This document shows, one piece after another, positions 23,838 to 39,200 of a stretch of 64,000 nucleotides of DNA. The stretch comes from Lingula anatina (taxonomy: Eukaryota; Animalia; Brachiopoda). The translations under genes were made by a program, and so were the position numbers. The notes below the pieces were generated by a model that searched no databases, was not told where the DNA came from, and saw nothing but the letters and a program-made list of their open reading frames with translations. The DNA lies in assembly GCA_051362555.1 (NCBI GenBank), contig CM120641.1, forward strand, positions 26,604,401 to 26,668,400, in the 5' to 3' direction. The number at the start of each line of letters is the position of its first letter. The stretch's first letter is position 1.

Positions 23838-26800
23838 TTTGTAGGAGTAGTAATTTGAAAAAAAAAGTTACATTAGTTGTGGAAATATTTTAAATGCATA
23901 TTATTTTAATACAAGTTTAACTGAATTTTTAATATATGTATTTTCTGTCTTATTGTTTAGAGTGCAACAAAACAAATATGTGTCTACTGTTTTATTAAAG
24001 CATATTACTTGAAATGTAATTTGAATGCTGTCATGGGAAACAGTAAACTGATACTGCCATTAACGCACTTGTCAATATATTTATTACGTGATACCTAGTT
24101 AAACATGATACCTAGTTCTTCCTTCCTGTTGTCATGTATTTAATAGAGTTTGTTCGAGTAAAAGATATTATTCAGTCAATGCTTTTTTTCTGCGTTGGCC
24201 ATTTTTGCCAGTTTTAGCAGTTTTGGGCATTATGAATAAAGGTTAAAGATTAAAAGAGATAGAATTGATAACATATACCGTTTGCTGCAAAACGAGCTCA
24301 TTTTCAGATTTAAGTCACAGATCATTACTAGGCCTAGTTTAAAGCATTTCCTGACCCTTTGTACACTTGTTGCTTGGAATTACATCAATCTCCAGTTAAC
24401 AGCAGGCTTATAAATGATTCTGTCCTTGGCAAAGAAAGAAAAAACTTCCATCAAATCATTAGAGGAAATGAATTGCCTACAGATCATGTCCACAGAGGGG
24501 ACATTAGCTATCCTCCCTTAAGAACTCTCGGTCACTGTGCAGGTTTTACTGTATGATTAAAGAACTTAGAAATTAATAACCATGCACTGTTATGGGCATC
24601 TGCTGAATAACACTACTGGACATGTAGGTGCATGATAATTGCATATATTTTCAATTTCTTGATCTGCCTCGAATATTGAATCATCCATGTCTCTGGCATA
24701 CATATTTAACACTTGTAGAGTAATCATGGAATATTGGGAAGCCAACATGATATTGATCCTCTGTGAAGTTCAAGAACCATGGGCCAGCAGAACAGCATTT
24801 ACTTCTTTTTTTATCAGCCATATTTGTGATCAATCCACATTCAAGTTGGCACTAAGAGGATTATATTCAAGTGGTGATCTGTTCAGTACAGGCACCCACC
24901 CCGAGTTTCAGAGAGTCATTGAAACTGACCTCTGTTATCACCCTGCCTCTGCAGTTTCTAGTAACCTCTGAAACTTGGGGTAGATGTATGATATTTGAAA
25001 TTCATTTCTGGTCCACAGACTGTGATTTTATTAGTGGTGGGATGTCAAAATTAAGGAGGAATTATACAGGGGACATATCGAAGAAGAGTTCAAAATCAAG
25101 AAAATGATGAATAATATGTAAATGAATAAATAATGGATGAATGACTCATGGATGGGTGAATGAATGATGCAGGACTGCACTGGGAGAGAGCACACCATGA
25201 CAAGCCCTTGGTCAAAGGATGATGATGATTATGAAAGAATGTAGATAAGAAAGTAGTAGATACAGGCCTACCCAACTACCAGACTCGGCACCGAATGATC
25301 CTGAATTCACCAGTAGATCAGACCACACTACCCGTTTTCAAGGTGTGTGTCATACCCTGAACAAATTTTGAGTGGTGATGCAATGCTTTTCAACCCCGCT
25401 GAGAATCGTCACTATCACATCGCGTACTACTACTAGGCAAGAGCAGTGTCGCGTCTGATACTGTGTAATGCGATCTGACACACACCTTGAAAACGGGTAG
25501 TGTGGTCTGATCTACCGGTGAATTCAGAATCATTCGGTGCCGAGTCTGGTAGTTGGGTAGGCCTGAGATAGATGGATGGACGAGTGAAAGAAATCTGGAA
25601 GAGCTTTGAAAAGTGGATCTGGCTATTCAGGACTGAGGTAATGGCAGTTCAATGGGAAAAATTTACATCTCACCAAGAATCTATACTTGATTGAAGTCAT
25701 GTTGTGGTTTTATCTCATGGGACGTGAACTATGTAAAGCAGTCGAGATAACCAGAATGAACAAGTTCACATTTAATGTAACATTGATCCTCTTGTTAGTT
25801 TTAAGAGCATCTTTCAGACAAATCTTTTTTTTCTTTGGTCTTGGAAATCAATATGTGCTACATCTCACCCACGTTTTACTCTTTTAAAAATGGTTGTTGA
25901 AATAACCTTGTTTTTTCGTTGGCTGTTTAATTCTGCCACCAAAAAAAGTAATAATGGGAGGGATGTCCCTCTTTCCTAGATCAACAAGAATGTGCGGCAT
26001 ATGCGGCTTGGCAATCTGTTCATCAGCAAATACTATCTAACCTATGCATATATGCATTCCATTACATACCTTACATATATGTCGTGTTTTGCCTATGTAG
26101 CTGAAAATACTCCACAGATATATGTGAAATGATCTGCTCAGAGATTTGGAAGTAAAATAAACACATAAACGGTGTTGTTTATTTCACAAGAAAGAAAAAA
26201 TAATCCTGTATGACAGGACTTTCAAATTACTCCTTTTTACTCCATTGATCAATAGTGCTTGGAGAGTTCTTCATTTTGCAGAGGTTGATGAAAGTAAACA
26301 TTTAGTTTAGAAATGTGTAATATCCGTGCTTTTTATGCTATGACAAGGATGGTTGAATAAGTTTTCAGTGTGAAAAAGAAGAATGGTTGAATAAGTTTTC
26401 AGTGTTAAAAAGAGACACTATTTTCCTTGCTATTCTATTAAATCATCATACTTTTCTGTATTTGCTGTTGGTCCGTGAGTGAAATACCACTTCAGGTAAC
26501 ACGTACTAGGTTCACTCAAGGTATTAAGAGTACAAGCTTAGGGAACGGCAGTCTTGTTTTGTTGGACAGCTGGCGGAGCACCTTGGAAAGTTGTTTACTT
26601 TCACCTTGGCGTAAATCCCAAGGATCATGGTCATTCCACACCTGTGAATAGTTCTCCCAAAAATCTCAACCACTTGGCATTTTAAGATACATGAATGATA
26701 TTTGTCAGGATGCTATATCATGCACTAATGGGACGCGCAACAGGGCTGGCAGCATCTTTAAGGAACGATGTGCAAAGTTTTATATTGTATATTGTGTACC

Positions 26801-26899
26801 GCTGAACATATCAGACGTGGTTACATAACATGCACATTGCTAGTTAGGTAGAGCTCTTCTCCAATTATGAACCCATATGAGCTGATATAAATCTCTCTG

Positions 26900-26935
<36 letters not shown>

Positions 26936-29900
26936 TGCCCACCTGAAAGCACATGCATGCATGTGTGGTCAGATTGCGTTATGAAGGATCCAAGATTTCT
27001 TGGATGCTACAGTACCTAGAACAATGTGGGGAGGGAGTGGCACTCATTTCTCTCTTATTATCTTGGGAAGTATATTACATTTGCTAAAATAAGCAGTGTA
27101 CACAGAGTGCTGTATATAGGGTTTATAATACTCTTGCTTACATTTTATCACATATGCTGCACTGTGGTAGAAAGTAAAGAATTTAAGTGATCTATTTTCA
27201 TGACTTCTATTAGAAAAGTATATTTATGTGGATTTTTGCCTCTTTGTTGGCGTTGTATTTCTTCCAGATAGAGAGTTGATTGGGTTATCAGTAATGATAT
27301 TTAAATGGATAGAACCACATGGTTTTTAACTGATATTATTCATACTTCATTTTACCATATAGGTTTAAGTTTGCCCTGTAACTTCTTTATTTGTACTAAT
27401 ATTCTGAATCTACTTATAGCAGTCACTTCTCCATTTAAGTATTATTGATATATTGCTTTCATGATATAGCAACTCTTATGACCTAAGTGTGCTATGTCTT
27501 TGATATGGGAGAAATGTCTGACAGGTTTTTCACTGATAAGCCTGTTCAAATAATTTAAACTCAATTTATCACTTCTTTCTTCTTGGGGCATTGTTTGTCC
27601 TGTGTCAGTTCAGTTTGCCTTGTTTGTAGAATGCATACACAACTTGCTGTGCTTGTGCCAATAAATATGCTTTCTGACTGTCAGATATGAGAGAAAAATC
27701 CAGTCGTTGTCGTATTGTCATTGATGTCTATCTCTGTGTGTCGGTTTTGCTACCACAATGGCGTGATATTGAATTCAAAATGGACAAGAAAAGCATGGGA
27801 AAATACAGGGGGATAGCAAAATGATTTTTCAAAAAAAAAAAAAAAATTGCTTTTTTATGTGCAAAAAAAAAAAAAAAAAAATTGACCTGGTTTTTCTAAT
27901 GGGATAGCCCCCTGAGATAATATATAAGTTGCGTTAGTTCAACCCAGCTTTTATGGAAAAGCACTGTTGTTCCCATCTAGATGCAGCTTCAAAAGCATAA
28001 ACCTAACAGCTATGACATTGACATTCACCAAGTATGCTTATATGAATTGATGAATATTAATGCATTTTTTTTTTAAAGTCTACCTCACAAAGCTTTTTGT
28101 GCTTTTCACTGGCTAATTTGGAGATGATTAAATCACAGGAATTATCTATACCACACTTAATGGCTCTTCATAAAAGCACTTTTTTTTAGCTTGAGATAAA
28201 CATCCTCACCAGAGGTTTATAGTGCCATTTGGGCATTGAAGGGCTGCTTGTAAAAGCTACACATGGAACATTAATGTTTGTAGTGTGCTGTTGTATGGGG
28301 TGTATGTTTAAAAGCATAGCTCTGCTTGTTTATATGTTGTATTGGTTGTGCAAGTAGAAAGGTGGTGCGCTTCATTTCTTTCCACAGGTACACTGGTGAG
28401 GCATGCCAGTATATTGATGGCCTTAACCAATATAACCTGAAGTGTAGTGAAGTGTAAGATTTGGGAACTTAAGTATAGTTTTTGCAAAACCACAGAATCC
28501 AGTAGTTACTATATTTTATTTGCTCCTATTTGCCATTAGAATTGTTCTGATACAAGATGGTCAAGAACAAAAAATAACCAAAACCACTTTCACCCCAAAA
28601 ACTAAACATCATCAGCAAAATGACCATACTTATTCTGAAGTCAAATAATCTCCATGAACATGATATGGTAATATTATAACAACCAGTAAGTTATATATAA
28701 AGTCATTTTAGCCTGATTGTGGCTAATAGAGTATATAACCAGTATTTTGTGGAAACATTGTTAAGATATCAAATGAAATGTGGTTTAAGCATAGTTTATA
28801 CAAAACCAATGCATAAGTACATCACCAGTTATTTCCTTGTGCCATAAGATGCATACAATATTGACAATATCAGAATAAAGTGAATGATACTGGTTGAAGA
28901 AAAGAAAAAATGTTTTCTTCATAATTTTCTTCATAGAATATTTATAGAAGGGTCTCTATAATAAAATAGCTTCTAATCTGTTGTAGTGTTTGTAGTTTTT
29001 CCTGTGGTCTAGTCTTTCTTTCTTGATTGTCATTGTGGTTACCTGTGAATAATGGCTTCATTTGAATTCAGATACAATTGTTATGCTGCTGTATTTTACT
29101 ATTGTTTTTTAATTTTTTTAGATGTATTTCTTTGTGTTGAATCATGGAATGATAAAAAGCAAAGCATTTTGTTTATAGGTATTGTCATATAATGTAGGTA
29201 TGATTGAGGCATTTTTCAGGACTAAATATGCCTTTGATAGAAATATGTTGAGTAAGACTGAAACAGAAAATTGATAACGTATTTTTAGGAAAAATCTTTC
29301 CATGAATTCATATCCACTCATATCTCTTTTGATTGAAGCTGCTTTATGTTTATGATATCAGAATGCAGCTTAACCTTACATATTGCCTTGTTATTTATGT
29401 ATCACGGAATATAGCGTTTTTCAAAGAAAATCCTTCAAATAATGAATCAGTTACAAATAGTGGAAACACGCCTGATTAGTCAGAGGAGTGTCTCTCAAGG
29501 CAGCACGCTATTTTTCTATTTTTGATATACACCAGTATATGTATTATTATTATGATGATTGCCACCGATTAAGTATGGATTTAGTTTTATCTGTAAACAT
29601 CAAAACATTTCCTTGATGCAAATGCATGTCTATTAGTATTTATGGGCATTTAGTGTGATATAATGGACTGCATTGTAGTGGCTTGTGTTACACTGATTTA
29701 ATCAACTAGAAGTTCAAGTCTAAACCATGTAATGTCAGTGTCTAGATGTGGAGATGACTGATCATGCCTTGCATACAAATTTCTATTTTCAGCGCTCACA
29801 ACAGATTAGAACACCTCATTACATGCTGTTTTGTTGTAGGATAGATTAAGTACCAGTGGCACCTGTTATGATGGTGAAATAAAAAACGGTGAATATGGAA

Positions 29901-32346
29901 CAATTCATGATTGTTTCTACCCTGCTCAAGGGACCCGCTGAGCTAACTTAAACCGCCTGCAGGGAAATGTCACAGCAATTTCCTTTTTTTTTTTTTTTTT
30001 TTTTTTTGAGATTATGCTTGCAGACATGACAGAAAGTATTACCTTGAACATTTAAAACAAATAGATATTTTCCTTTTTTTACAGTATCCCCACTTTTTTA
30101 AACGAGATGGCAATAAACTTCAAATCATGCTGCAGCGGAGGAAAAAGTATAAGAACCGCACAATTCTTGGCTATAAAACACTTGCTGTGGGCACTGTGAA
30201 CATGGCACAGGTAGGTCAACAACACAGGATATCCACTGCTTTAAAAAAACTTAATTTTTACCCTAGAGCAGTGCATTCTATGGATGACCAACACACCTGA
30301 ATAATTGACACTGTAATTTGATCAAATGCACACCTTTAAGGTCTGGAAGTGAGTATAATTTGATTGCTGGCAGTTGTTGTTTCTTAGATGCTTGACTGCT
30401 AAAAAAAAAAATCTTTTCTCAGACCTAAGATTTTAAGTATAAAGAACAGTAGCATATTTTTTCTCAGAATGTGGAACTACAAAGAGCAGAGCAGGGTTCA
30501 GAACTATACTAAGTTAATAAAGCAAAATATTATAACTGGGTGTTATCAGCCTGGTGGTGTTGTGTGTGTCTGGTCACACATTGCCATAGAGACACCAGAG
30601 GGTCATACCACATTAAGACACTTTAAGGCCCCATTTACAACCAAAGTTGATCCATGGATTAAGGTTGCGTTCAGAATAGATGATCCACAGATTAACTGAT
30701 CCACAGACTTAATATGGCTGACAATGCCGACTTATCTCCTGATGGTCTTCCCCCCCCCCCCCCCCCCCCTCTATTCACCCCATTAAACGGATTAAATCTC
30801 AACTCCAAGGTTTAAATGCTAGATTTCTGCAGGGACGGCGTTTGTTGAGGTGGGGAGACCATCAGGGTATTAGTGGCATCACTTTTAAGCAGGTTTGCCA
30901 TATTTAGTCAGTGGATCAGTCAGTCCGTGGATTATCTGTTCTGAATGCCCTCTCACAGGTCCACGGATGAAATATGGCTGACCCACTTGAAAGCTTATCG
31001 CGTGATCCCTGTAGGGAATTTATTCAGTACCTATAAGGTATTAAGGGGATTATGCTACAAGCTTTCAAGTGGGTCGGCCATATTTGATCCACAGACCTGT
31101 TGGTCCATGGATCAATTGGTTGTAAATGTGGCCTAAGAGGTGACTGTGAACATGCAGCACACATGAGCATTCTGTTATTTGAAGCGCTTATTTTGTTTAA
31201 TTTGTACAGATATGAACATACCTGATCTGAACCCTGAATTTACTTTCATGAACATTCTATAATTACTTGTAATTTTCATTCTTCTCACTTTTATTCCTCA
31301 TTCTTACCTATCATCATTTTAGACACAAAAATGGCAGTTACTGACACAAAGCCAAATGGCTTTTCAAAACACATGAATCGACATTTTGAAGGATTCCTAA
31401 AAAAATAGTTTTAGAAAAATCATAAATTAACATTGTTGGGATTGACTAATTGCCATAATCATATAAGTAATGAACAATGTGCGTGCTGTGACATTTCAGG
31501 TCCTCCAGCGAGCAGCTGACAAAGAGCTAGTCTTATACCCAGATATTAAAGATGCCCAGAGTGACCTCAGTCGTATTGCACAGGTCACCATTCTGGCCTT
31601 GTCTAGTCAGCCAGTTGATAAAGAAGAAAATGGGAGAAGAAAGCATCAAGACTCAGTGGAAGCAGGTGATTAGTTCCCATACAAAAGAATGAGGCAATTT
31701 TCTGGAATGGATCATTTTTTAGTTCTGGTTGGAAAAGTTCATGGCGGGAGTGAGTCATGTGAAAGCTGAGTGGGTGATGGGAGGTGCATCATCAGTAGTG
31801 CAGAGATTTTTTTAAAAAATCAATATTGATATTAAATGATGATGGGCTGAAGAAAAAGACTGACAGTAATTGAAATATAAAAGCTGCTTAAGTGATAATC
31901 TGAATTACATATTTCATCGATTTTCGAGTCTTTTGTTGGGTTTTCTTACCAACCTTAGCCTTATCAAATTGGAGAGTTTCTAGGTCTCTAAATAAGGTTA
32001 TTATCTTTCATTAAGGACTCGTGATTTTACAGGGAGGAAGGGATTATATTGTCTTTTTCATCATTAATTTTTAAGTCTGTCAAAGACTTTTCTATATGAC
32101 CAGTCTTGGCAGAGAAGAATCACTCTTTTTCTGCAGTCTGGATGTAATTGCAGAGATTTTCTCAAGGATAACATATTCTATCTTTGCTTTTTAGCAGGAT
32201 CTGGGGAGACAGATGATGATGACCAGGAAGACTCTTCCAATGAAGAAGGCAGTGACAGTGAAACTTGTGAAATAGAAGGCAATTCACGGCCCAGGAAAGG
32301 CAGAAGTAGGCGGGGGCATCCCAGGATGGCAAGGGTAGGCATTTTG

Positions 32347-32424
<78 letters not shown>

Positions 32425-35400
32425 GATTTTTAGCAGTTGGATTATACAGTGAAATTATCAAAAGAAACTACTAAGACAAATAAAACAGGAAAAACATCAA
32501 AAAGTTAGATGTAATTAAGTGAAATATCATGCAACATAATGATAGAATTTATTTCTTGTGCAGTTGTTTTATACAAAAGATATTTTATACAAAAGACTGT
32601 TAGAACAATTATGATAGTGAGAAATATGTACAGAAAGTTTAGTTTTGTAACCATATGATATATCTTTTCTGTTTTTCAGCAAAGAAATCTCAAACAGAAG
32701 TTCTTTGATCTACTGAGAAAACTGAAAGTTTCAGAAGAGGTATGTTATTTAACCCATTCCAGAACTCTGTTTTCAAAAGTTTTACCTTCAGTCAGAGCCA
32801 CTTGTATTAGACAGTTAGAACTCATTGAATCCTGCAATTAGGAGACATTTTCAGAACTTTGAGCTCAATCAGAACAGGGAACTAACAGATCCACGGATCA
32901 AATATGGCCAACTCACATGAATGCTTGTTGCGTAATCCCCGCAGGAAATCTATTCAGTGTCTAAGGGCGTATTCCCATAGTTTTAGACCGATCTATCCCC
33001 GTGGGGAGTCTCACTAGATTACTGTCAGATGATCCGTCTTAAATGTCCGTCCCGCTTACTACAAGCTGTAAGGGGGTAATTAACTTTCGTGCCCACTCGA
33101 CTGACAGCTATTTAGCGTGAACCCACAGGGAGTTAGGTCGATCTAGTTTGGATCCAAGCTTTTTAGTGGGTCACCATATTTGATCTGCGTATCTGTTAGT
33201 CCACTGTTATGAATGGGCTCTTTGTCAACAGTGCTTTCTGGCCTTTCAGGTATTGGACTCAGAGCAGGACCCAGAGTTAGGGGATCAGCTGCACAGTCAA
33301 CAGGAAATAGAAGAACTGTTTGATGAACTCGAGGATCTCAGCGACAGTGGACCGGAGATGGACAATCTTAGTGTGTTATCTACACCAAAGCCAAGTTTAA
33401 GGTAAAGTAACAGTATTATCTATATGGAGACAGTAGAGCTTTAGGTAAAATTATGTATGGTTTTGGCACTGAAACCATGTTAAAGGTGGAATGGCAATGT
33501 TCTATCTGTACTGAAACCAATTTCATGGTGAAATAACAGTGTCTTGGGGTGTGTTCACAATGAAGCTAGTTTGAACTAACTCTGCGGGGACTCTCGCTGA
33601 ATGCAATCAGATTAACAAGCCTCCTCCTGGTATTGAGTATAATAAAGAGAAGCTGGTGATTATACGAGTTGTTGGAAACAAGAGGAGGTGTGTTAAGTTG
33701 ATTTCATTCTGCTAGAGTCCCTGCGAAGTTTGTTCGAACTACCTAGTATGATAGTTTAAATGTAAACATACCTTATTATACTCAACGAGTATAATAGAGG
33801 CTCATGGAAAAAGTTATCAGTCATGTTATTTGGTCCCAGGACAGGGATCCAATTTTGGAGCAATTTTTAGTGTGTATTTTAGTTAGTAACATAATTGGTA
33901 TCAGTATGGATATTATTCATGTATATTAAAACTTCCAAAGACACCTGCCATTGCTTTACTTCTCATAATTTTTATAATGCATATAATATCAATACAAGTC
34001 TGTAAAATAGAATGTACTAGCTGGGACTTAACAAAAACTAAACTTTTTTTTTTTTTGCCATTCATCTAATAGTTAATTGTATCTTAATGCATTGTAGGCC
34101 ATTTTTCACAAACAGAGCACAATCAGTTGAGGCCTTAGAACCAACAAAGGTAAGTAGTATGGCATTATGTGGTTGAGTAGTCATATTAATTGCAGAATCC
34201 TCCTCACAAATTCATGATTTGACATAGGTTTTATTGCATGTTAATAGTCTCCCACAGTTTCAAGAAGATTTCATTCCGTTTTACTTTGTTCCTTATTTAC
34301 CTACCAGATACGAAACCATTTTTCTTTGGTTACACACACACCCACAAAAAAAAATTAGTCCATAGTATTATTTGATTATTATTCTTTTGGCCTGCATGAA
34401 TGTGACTTTCTGGATTATTTGGCTTGCTTTTTGTCTTCTCAGGAGCCTGCTGCGACGTATCATAGTGATGATAGCTCCAAAAAGAATGATTCTGATGGGC
34501 ATGGGGTAAGGCACATCTTCCGTGGCACACTTTGCCTTGCTTGCTTGGTTTTGGGTATTTCTGGGTTATTGCTCCCCTCCTCTAGATTGTTCTGTGTTTG
34601 CTTTTCAGTTGATTTGGATTTATTCTAATTAAGTCACTGTTTTGCAGATTGGAATTTTTTGTTTTCTTTTGATGTACAGACTCCTTGTTGCCTGAGCGTC
34701 AACCATTTTATACTCTGTCTTTTTGATTCAAACGAGTGATGGGTCTCTGCTTCTCAGTCTAATTAGTTTGGGCAAATTGCCTGTTATCATGAACAAGTGT
34801 TAATGGCTAAACAGTTGCCTATAACAGATGCTAGGGAAGGACCTGTTTACCTTCTATTCAGGACTGTTTCCTGTGATAACAGTTGATTGGAAAATCCACT
34901 TGACTTAATTTCCGTTGTTGTTGAGAAGGAATGCATTGTAACCTCGTTAGCATGGCTGTACAAACTGAATCTCATGATAACTGACTTTCAGATCAAAGAA
35001 TTAAATGTCAAAGACTTTCTTCACTCCGTCCTAAAATATCATTCTGTACTAAGTTCTGAAATTTAAAATTGCAAGCTGTGGTAGATTAAGGCTTGAATTA
35101 ATGATATTAAGTAATCAAATTGATTGGCAATCTTAGCAAAAATACTTTCTGGCTTTTTGTTGAAGTATTTGTTGGTGAATTTTTTGTTCATGTATACAAA
35201 ACTATACACATATCAGCTTAGCTGACATGTATTTTACATTTATTGGCTCATTTATATGACCAACTGAAGGAAAAGTTATTACAATACAAAATATGCATTA
35301 TGTGTTTATTTAAAGTTCTCAGTTTGTGTGAGGCTTTTTCTTACTTTTTAGAGCATCACTTCTCAAGGATCAACTCAGATTTTCATTTTCTTTGGCAACA

Positions 35401-36235
35401 TGCAATGGATTATTGTTACACATAGTTATGTGTAGATGTAAATGTTTTTTAAATTTATTTACAAATTACTGGAGAGAAATTTAAACTTCAAATCTAATTA
35501 GAGGACTTGCTGCAAGTTTTGGCTGACAATTTTTGTGGTTCATCTTAGCATGGGTGCAGAGGTCCTCAGCAGTTGTATTTTTTATGCTACTTTCAGAATT
35601 AGTGGATTTACCATATAAATCAGTAAATTCTGGACACATGCTAATTTGTAGTTTTATAAACTACAGAATTTTCAGAATTAGTGGATTTGCCATATAAATC
35701 AAAGAATTCTGGATACATGCTAATTTGTAGTCAGACAATGTTACTTCAGAATAATATTCTCATTGACATCATGTTCCTTTTTGTCTAAATTTGATTACAA
35801 TTACTTGTGGTAGATTGTAAGTTGCCTAATTCTGGTTTGAATTAATTACATTTTCATGCACTTTCAGTTTTGGAATTTTACAATGTTTTTACACTGTTGA
35901 TATGCCAGGCCTGAGAAGTCACCTTTCATCATTTTTTTCCCTTTTGATTGGTGTGGTACTGTTCATTTCCCCACTTCTTAATTGAGCCAAATAAAAGGGA
36001 AATCTTTCAAGAGATTGTTCAGTGGTTCTCATGCCTGGTATATTAAGATAGAGAACTGTTTGTGTGTGGTTGCTGAGCACCACTAACTTATTCCACTGTT
36101 CTTTTCTGTTCTTTAATTTGTCTAGCAGCGAACACATTCCTTCTCTATAAGAAAGAATAGTAGTTCGTCTAAATATAAACACTCAGCAGTAAGTAACGGC
36201 AATGAAATATGATTCTTGTCTTATACTTTTGTAGA

Positions 36236-36291
<56 letters not shown>

Positions 36292-39200
36292 AGAACATGA
36301 CCACTATTTGGTTTAGTTAAATTAGTATGTTCTGTTAGTCATGCCCTGACAAGATTCATTTTTCATTGAAAATGATAGATAGTAGGGGAGCCAGCTTCTC
36401 TTTGCGGTGGAAGGGATTTTGCTTATCAATCAAAGTATGAAATTATAATATTTACTGATCAGTGTCATGGGGGGTTGGGGTGGGGGTGGGGGGTACTAGT
36501 TGTGGTTTTCAGCCTTTGATTCAGACACTGTTGCCGCTTCTCTACAGATTACACATCGAATCAGTTTTAAAAATGGACCTGTATTCTGCTCTCTGGAATG
36601 CAGATATTTTCGGGATGATTCACATGAAAAATGATCATTTTTGTTGTCCTGGGGAGATAAAAAAATTAAAGGCAGGGTCTGGACTTGCATGCTTAGTAGT
36701 AAAACATAGAGGCATATTATTTTATTTCCCTGCACATTTGAAAAAGATGTAACAAGGATGGGATAATCATGATTAATATGATTATATGGTATATATGTAT
36801 GGCTTTTTGACAATACTAGCTTCAGTGTAATTGTGTATTAGAACTATAGAGCAGTGGCTGGCTTGTAGAAACACACTCATGTTATTAAAAACACTTTTGT
36901 GCACCTAAAACACTTTAATTCATCAATCTATATCTGTCAAGTTATAAATTTTTGCTAGTTATGCAAATGCCCACTAACACATATACTAACACTGTAATCC
37001 TTTTGACCAATGGGAGATGGAATGCCATTTCAGGTCAAAACTATCTTGCTGTCCTTGGATGACCTAGACTTGAAACATTCATAGTGATATTTAGATAATA
37101 GATATACCAGATGGAAATATATGTTTTACCATATGCATGCTTATTTTCAAATTTCATTGATGTTAGTTTCATCCTGATGTGCTTTGTCATAGTGGCAGTG
37201 ACTGGTGATATAAATGAAATTTTTTTAAGCTTGAGAAGTGTTAGTAGAAACTTAATATTGTTGCATGTTATCATAGAGAATTGTATGCGCCTACTTTGAA
37301 TGAATGCTAAATGTCTTTTTTTAAGTTTCTTTATTTTAATGAAATGTGAAGTTTTGAGCAAATATCTTGTCAAAAGCAGTTTGGTTGATTGATTGATTGA
37401 TTGGTTTGCTGATTGAACAAGTAGTAGGTTTATAGTTTTACATTGCATGTGTTGAAAGTAGCCAGTTTTAAGTTGCATTTTGGATGTTGCGAACTGTCTC
37501 CCCAGGATGACCTTGACCCTGAATTGTCCGAACAAACGCCTGCCCCATCACAATTACACAAGGCCGAGAAGCCTGGCTCTCCTGTCGCTAAAGGCAAAAA
37601 GCTGTCTCGTGACCGCAGTATTTCTTTAAAGGAAAAGAAAGTGAAAAAAGAAAACAGGCCAGCGGAGAGGAGAAGTAGTGTGGGGAATAATGACAATTTA
37701 GTAAGTACTTTAACTGGTGGACATTTCAATATTTTATCTTATTAACAGTAATTTTTACCCAGGAAAGAAGCATGGTCGTGGAGTGTGATGCTGATGTGTC
37801 CCATAATATTTAAAAAAATATTATTTCCCCCTGTTGGTCAATTTGATATTTATAATGTCTGTTTTGTTTCTTGGGTAGATCTGATATGTGGTGTGTTAGT
37901 ATTGTGTATGTATTACTGTTATGTGTAATTTGTGATGTGCCCCTGGGGATGTGATTTGATAGTATGTAGCTGTATATACATTAAGATAGCTATAGACATC
38001 CATGAAAGGCACTGTTTCACTATTGTGTATATAACCTTGGACTTAATTAGAAGAACTAAACATAATAATATGATGTGTTTATGTTCTAAAAAAAAAAAAA
38101 GAATGCTGTTTAGTTCTGTTCAATGAAAAAAGAACTCTTATTAATTTTTATTTTCAACAAAAATATCAGAAAGCTTAACATTATCAGTAAGGGATTTATA
38201 GTTAATTGTATTAAATTGACATCATTGCATAGCTTTTTGTGCCTTTCAGCCCAGGAAAATTTTGTTGGACCAGCTGGGAGCAGTGCTCCAATCTGATGAA
38301 CATCTCCCAGAATACGTTATATTTGTGAATGCCTGTGAGGGCCAAGGCCAGGTAAATAAACACAACTCCCAGAAATTGATATATTTGTTATGAAATGCCA
38401 TGTTCTAGGAGATGTACTTAAGCTACAGAACATAATGTATTTGTGACTTCATTTGAAAGCTAGGGCCCTGCACTTGAAACTCACCTCTGCTACAAGCATC
38501 CTTAATAGAAGGGAGTTTCTCGTGACCTTTAAAACTCTGGGTGGGTTTGGATGGATATAATCATATCCCTAAATCTGTGATGTTTGTGTTTTCCTGTAAA
38601 GGGTAAGGGTAGAGCAGTTTACATAACAGCCTCTTTTAAGGGTTTGGCTCATAGTAAAATACTTTCTTATTCTTCTTGATGTATGAATGCATTGCAGGGT
38701 TTAAATGTGAACAGAGATTTCTCACCAGCAAAACTTAGTTGAAATAAGATATTTTCCTCTATCTTGTGATTGGTGAGCAACTTTTTAAGTAATGCTTGTG
38801 ATGTTTGTTCTCATCTCTTAATAGCTGCTTGAAAAAAAATATCATATCTCTATCAATTCACATGTACATCAAGAACCTCCCCTTCCCTATGGCTTTTGTG
38901 CTAAAATGGCCAATCCAGTACCCTCCTCTCCAAAAAGGAGGGAAAAGAACCACAATGGACTCGCATATTTGTGTTTCATATAACTGGGCTTCAAAATGTC
39001 TTGGAAGATAATTCATCAGAATTGGGGTGGGGGGGGAGCAGTGTAAGACTGGGTTCCCACAGATTTAGATCGATCCATCTGGATCGGCCTAACTCCCTGG
39101 GGGTTCATGCTAAATTGCACGAAAGTTAATTATCCCTTACAGCTTTTAGTAGGCGGGACAGATATTTAAGCCAGCTAAGCTGACAGCAGTCTAGTGAGAC

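Noticed and set aside
32162-32461. Poly-Leu ORF on the - strand
   Set aside because: Product of the (ATA)n microsatellite, antisense to a PACS exon.
37041-37535. 164-aa ORF on the - strand
   Set aside because: AT-rich intronic sequence antisense to PACS; no motif or splice support.
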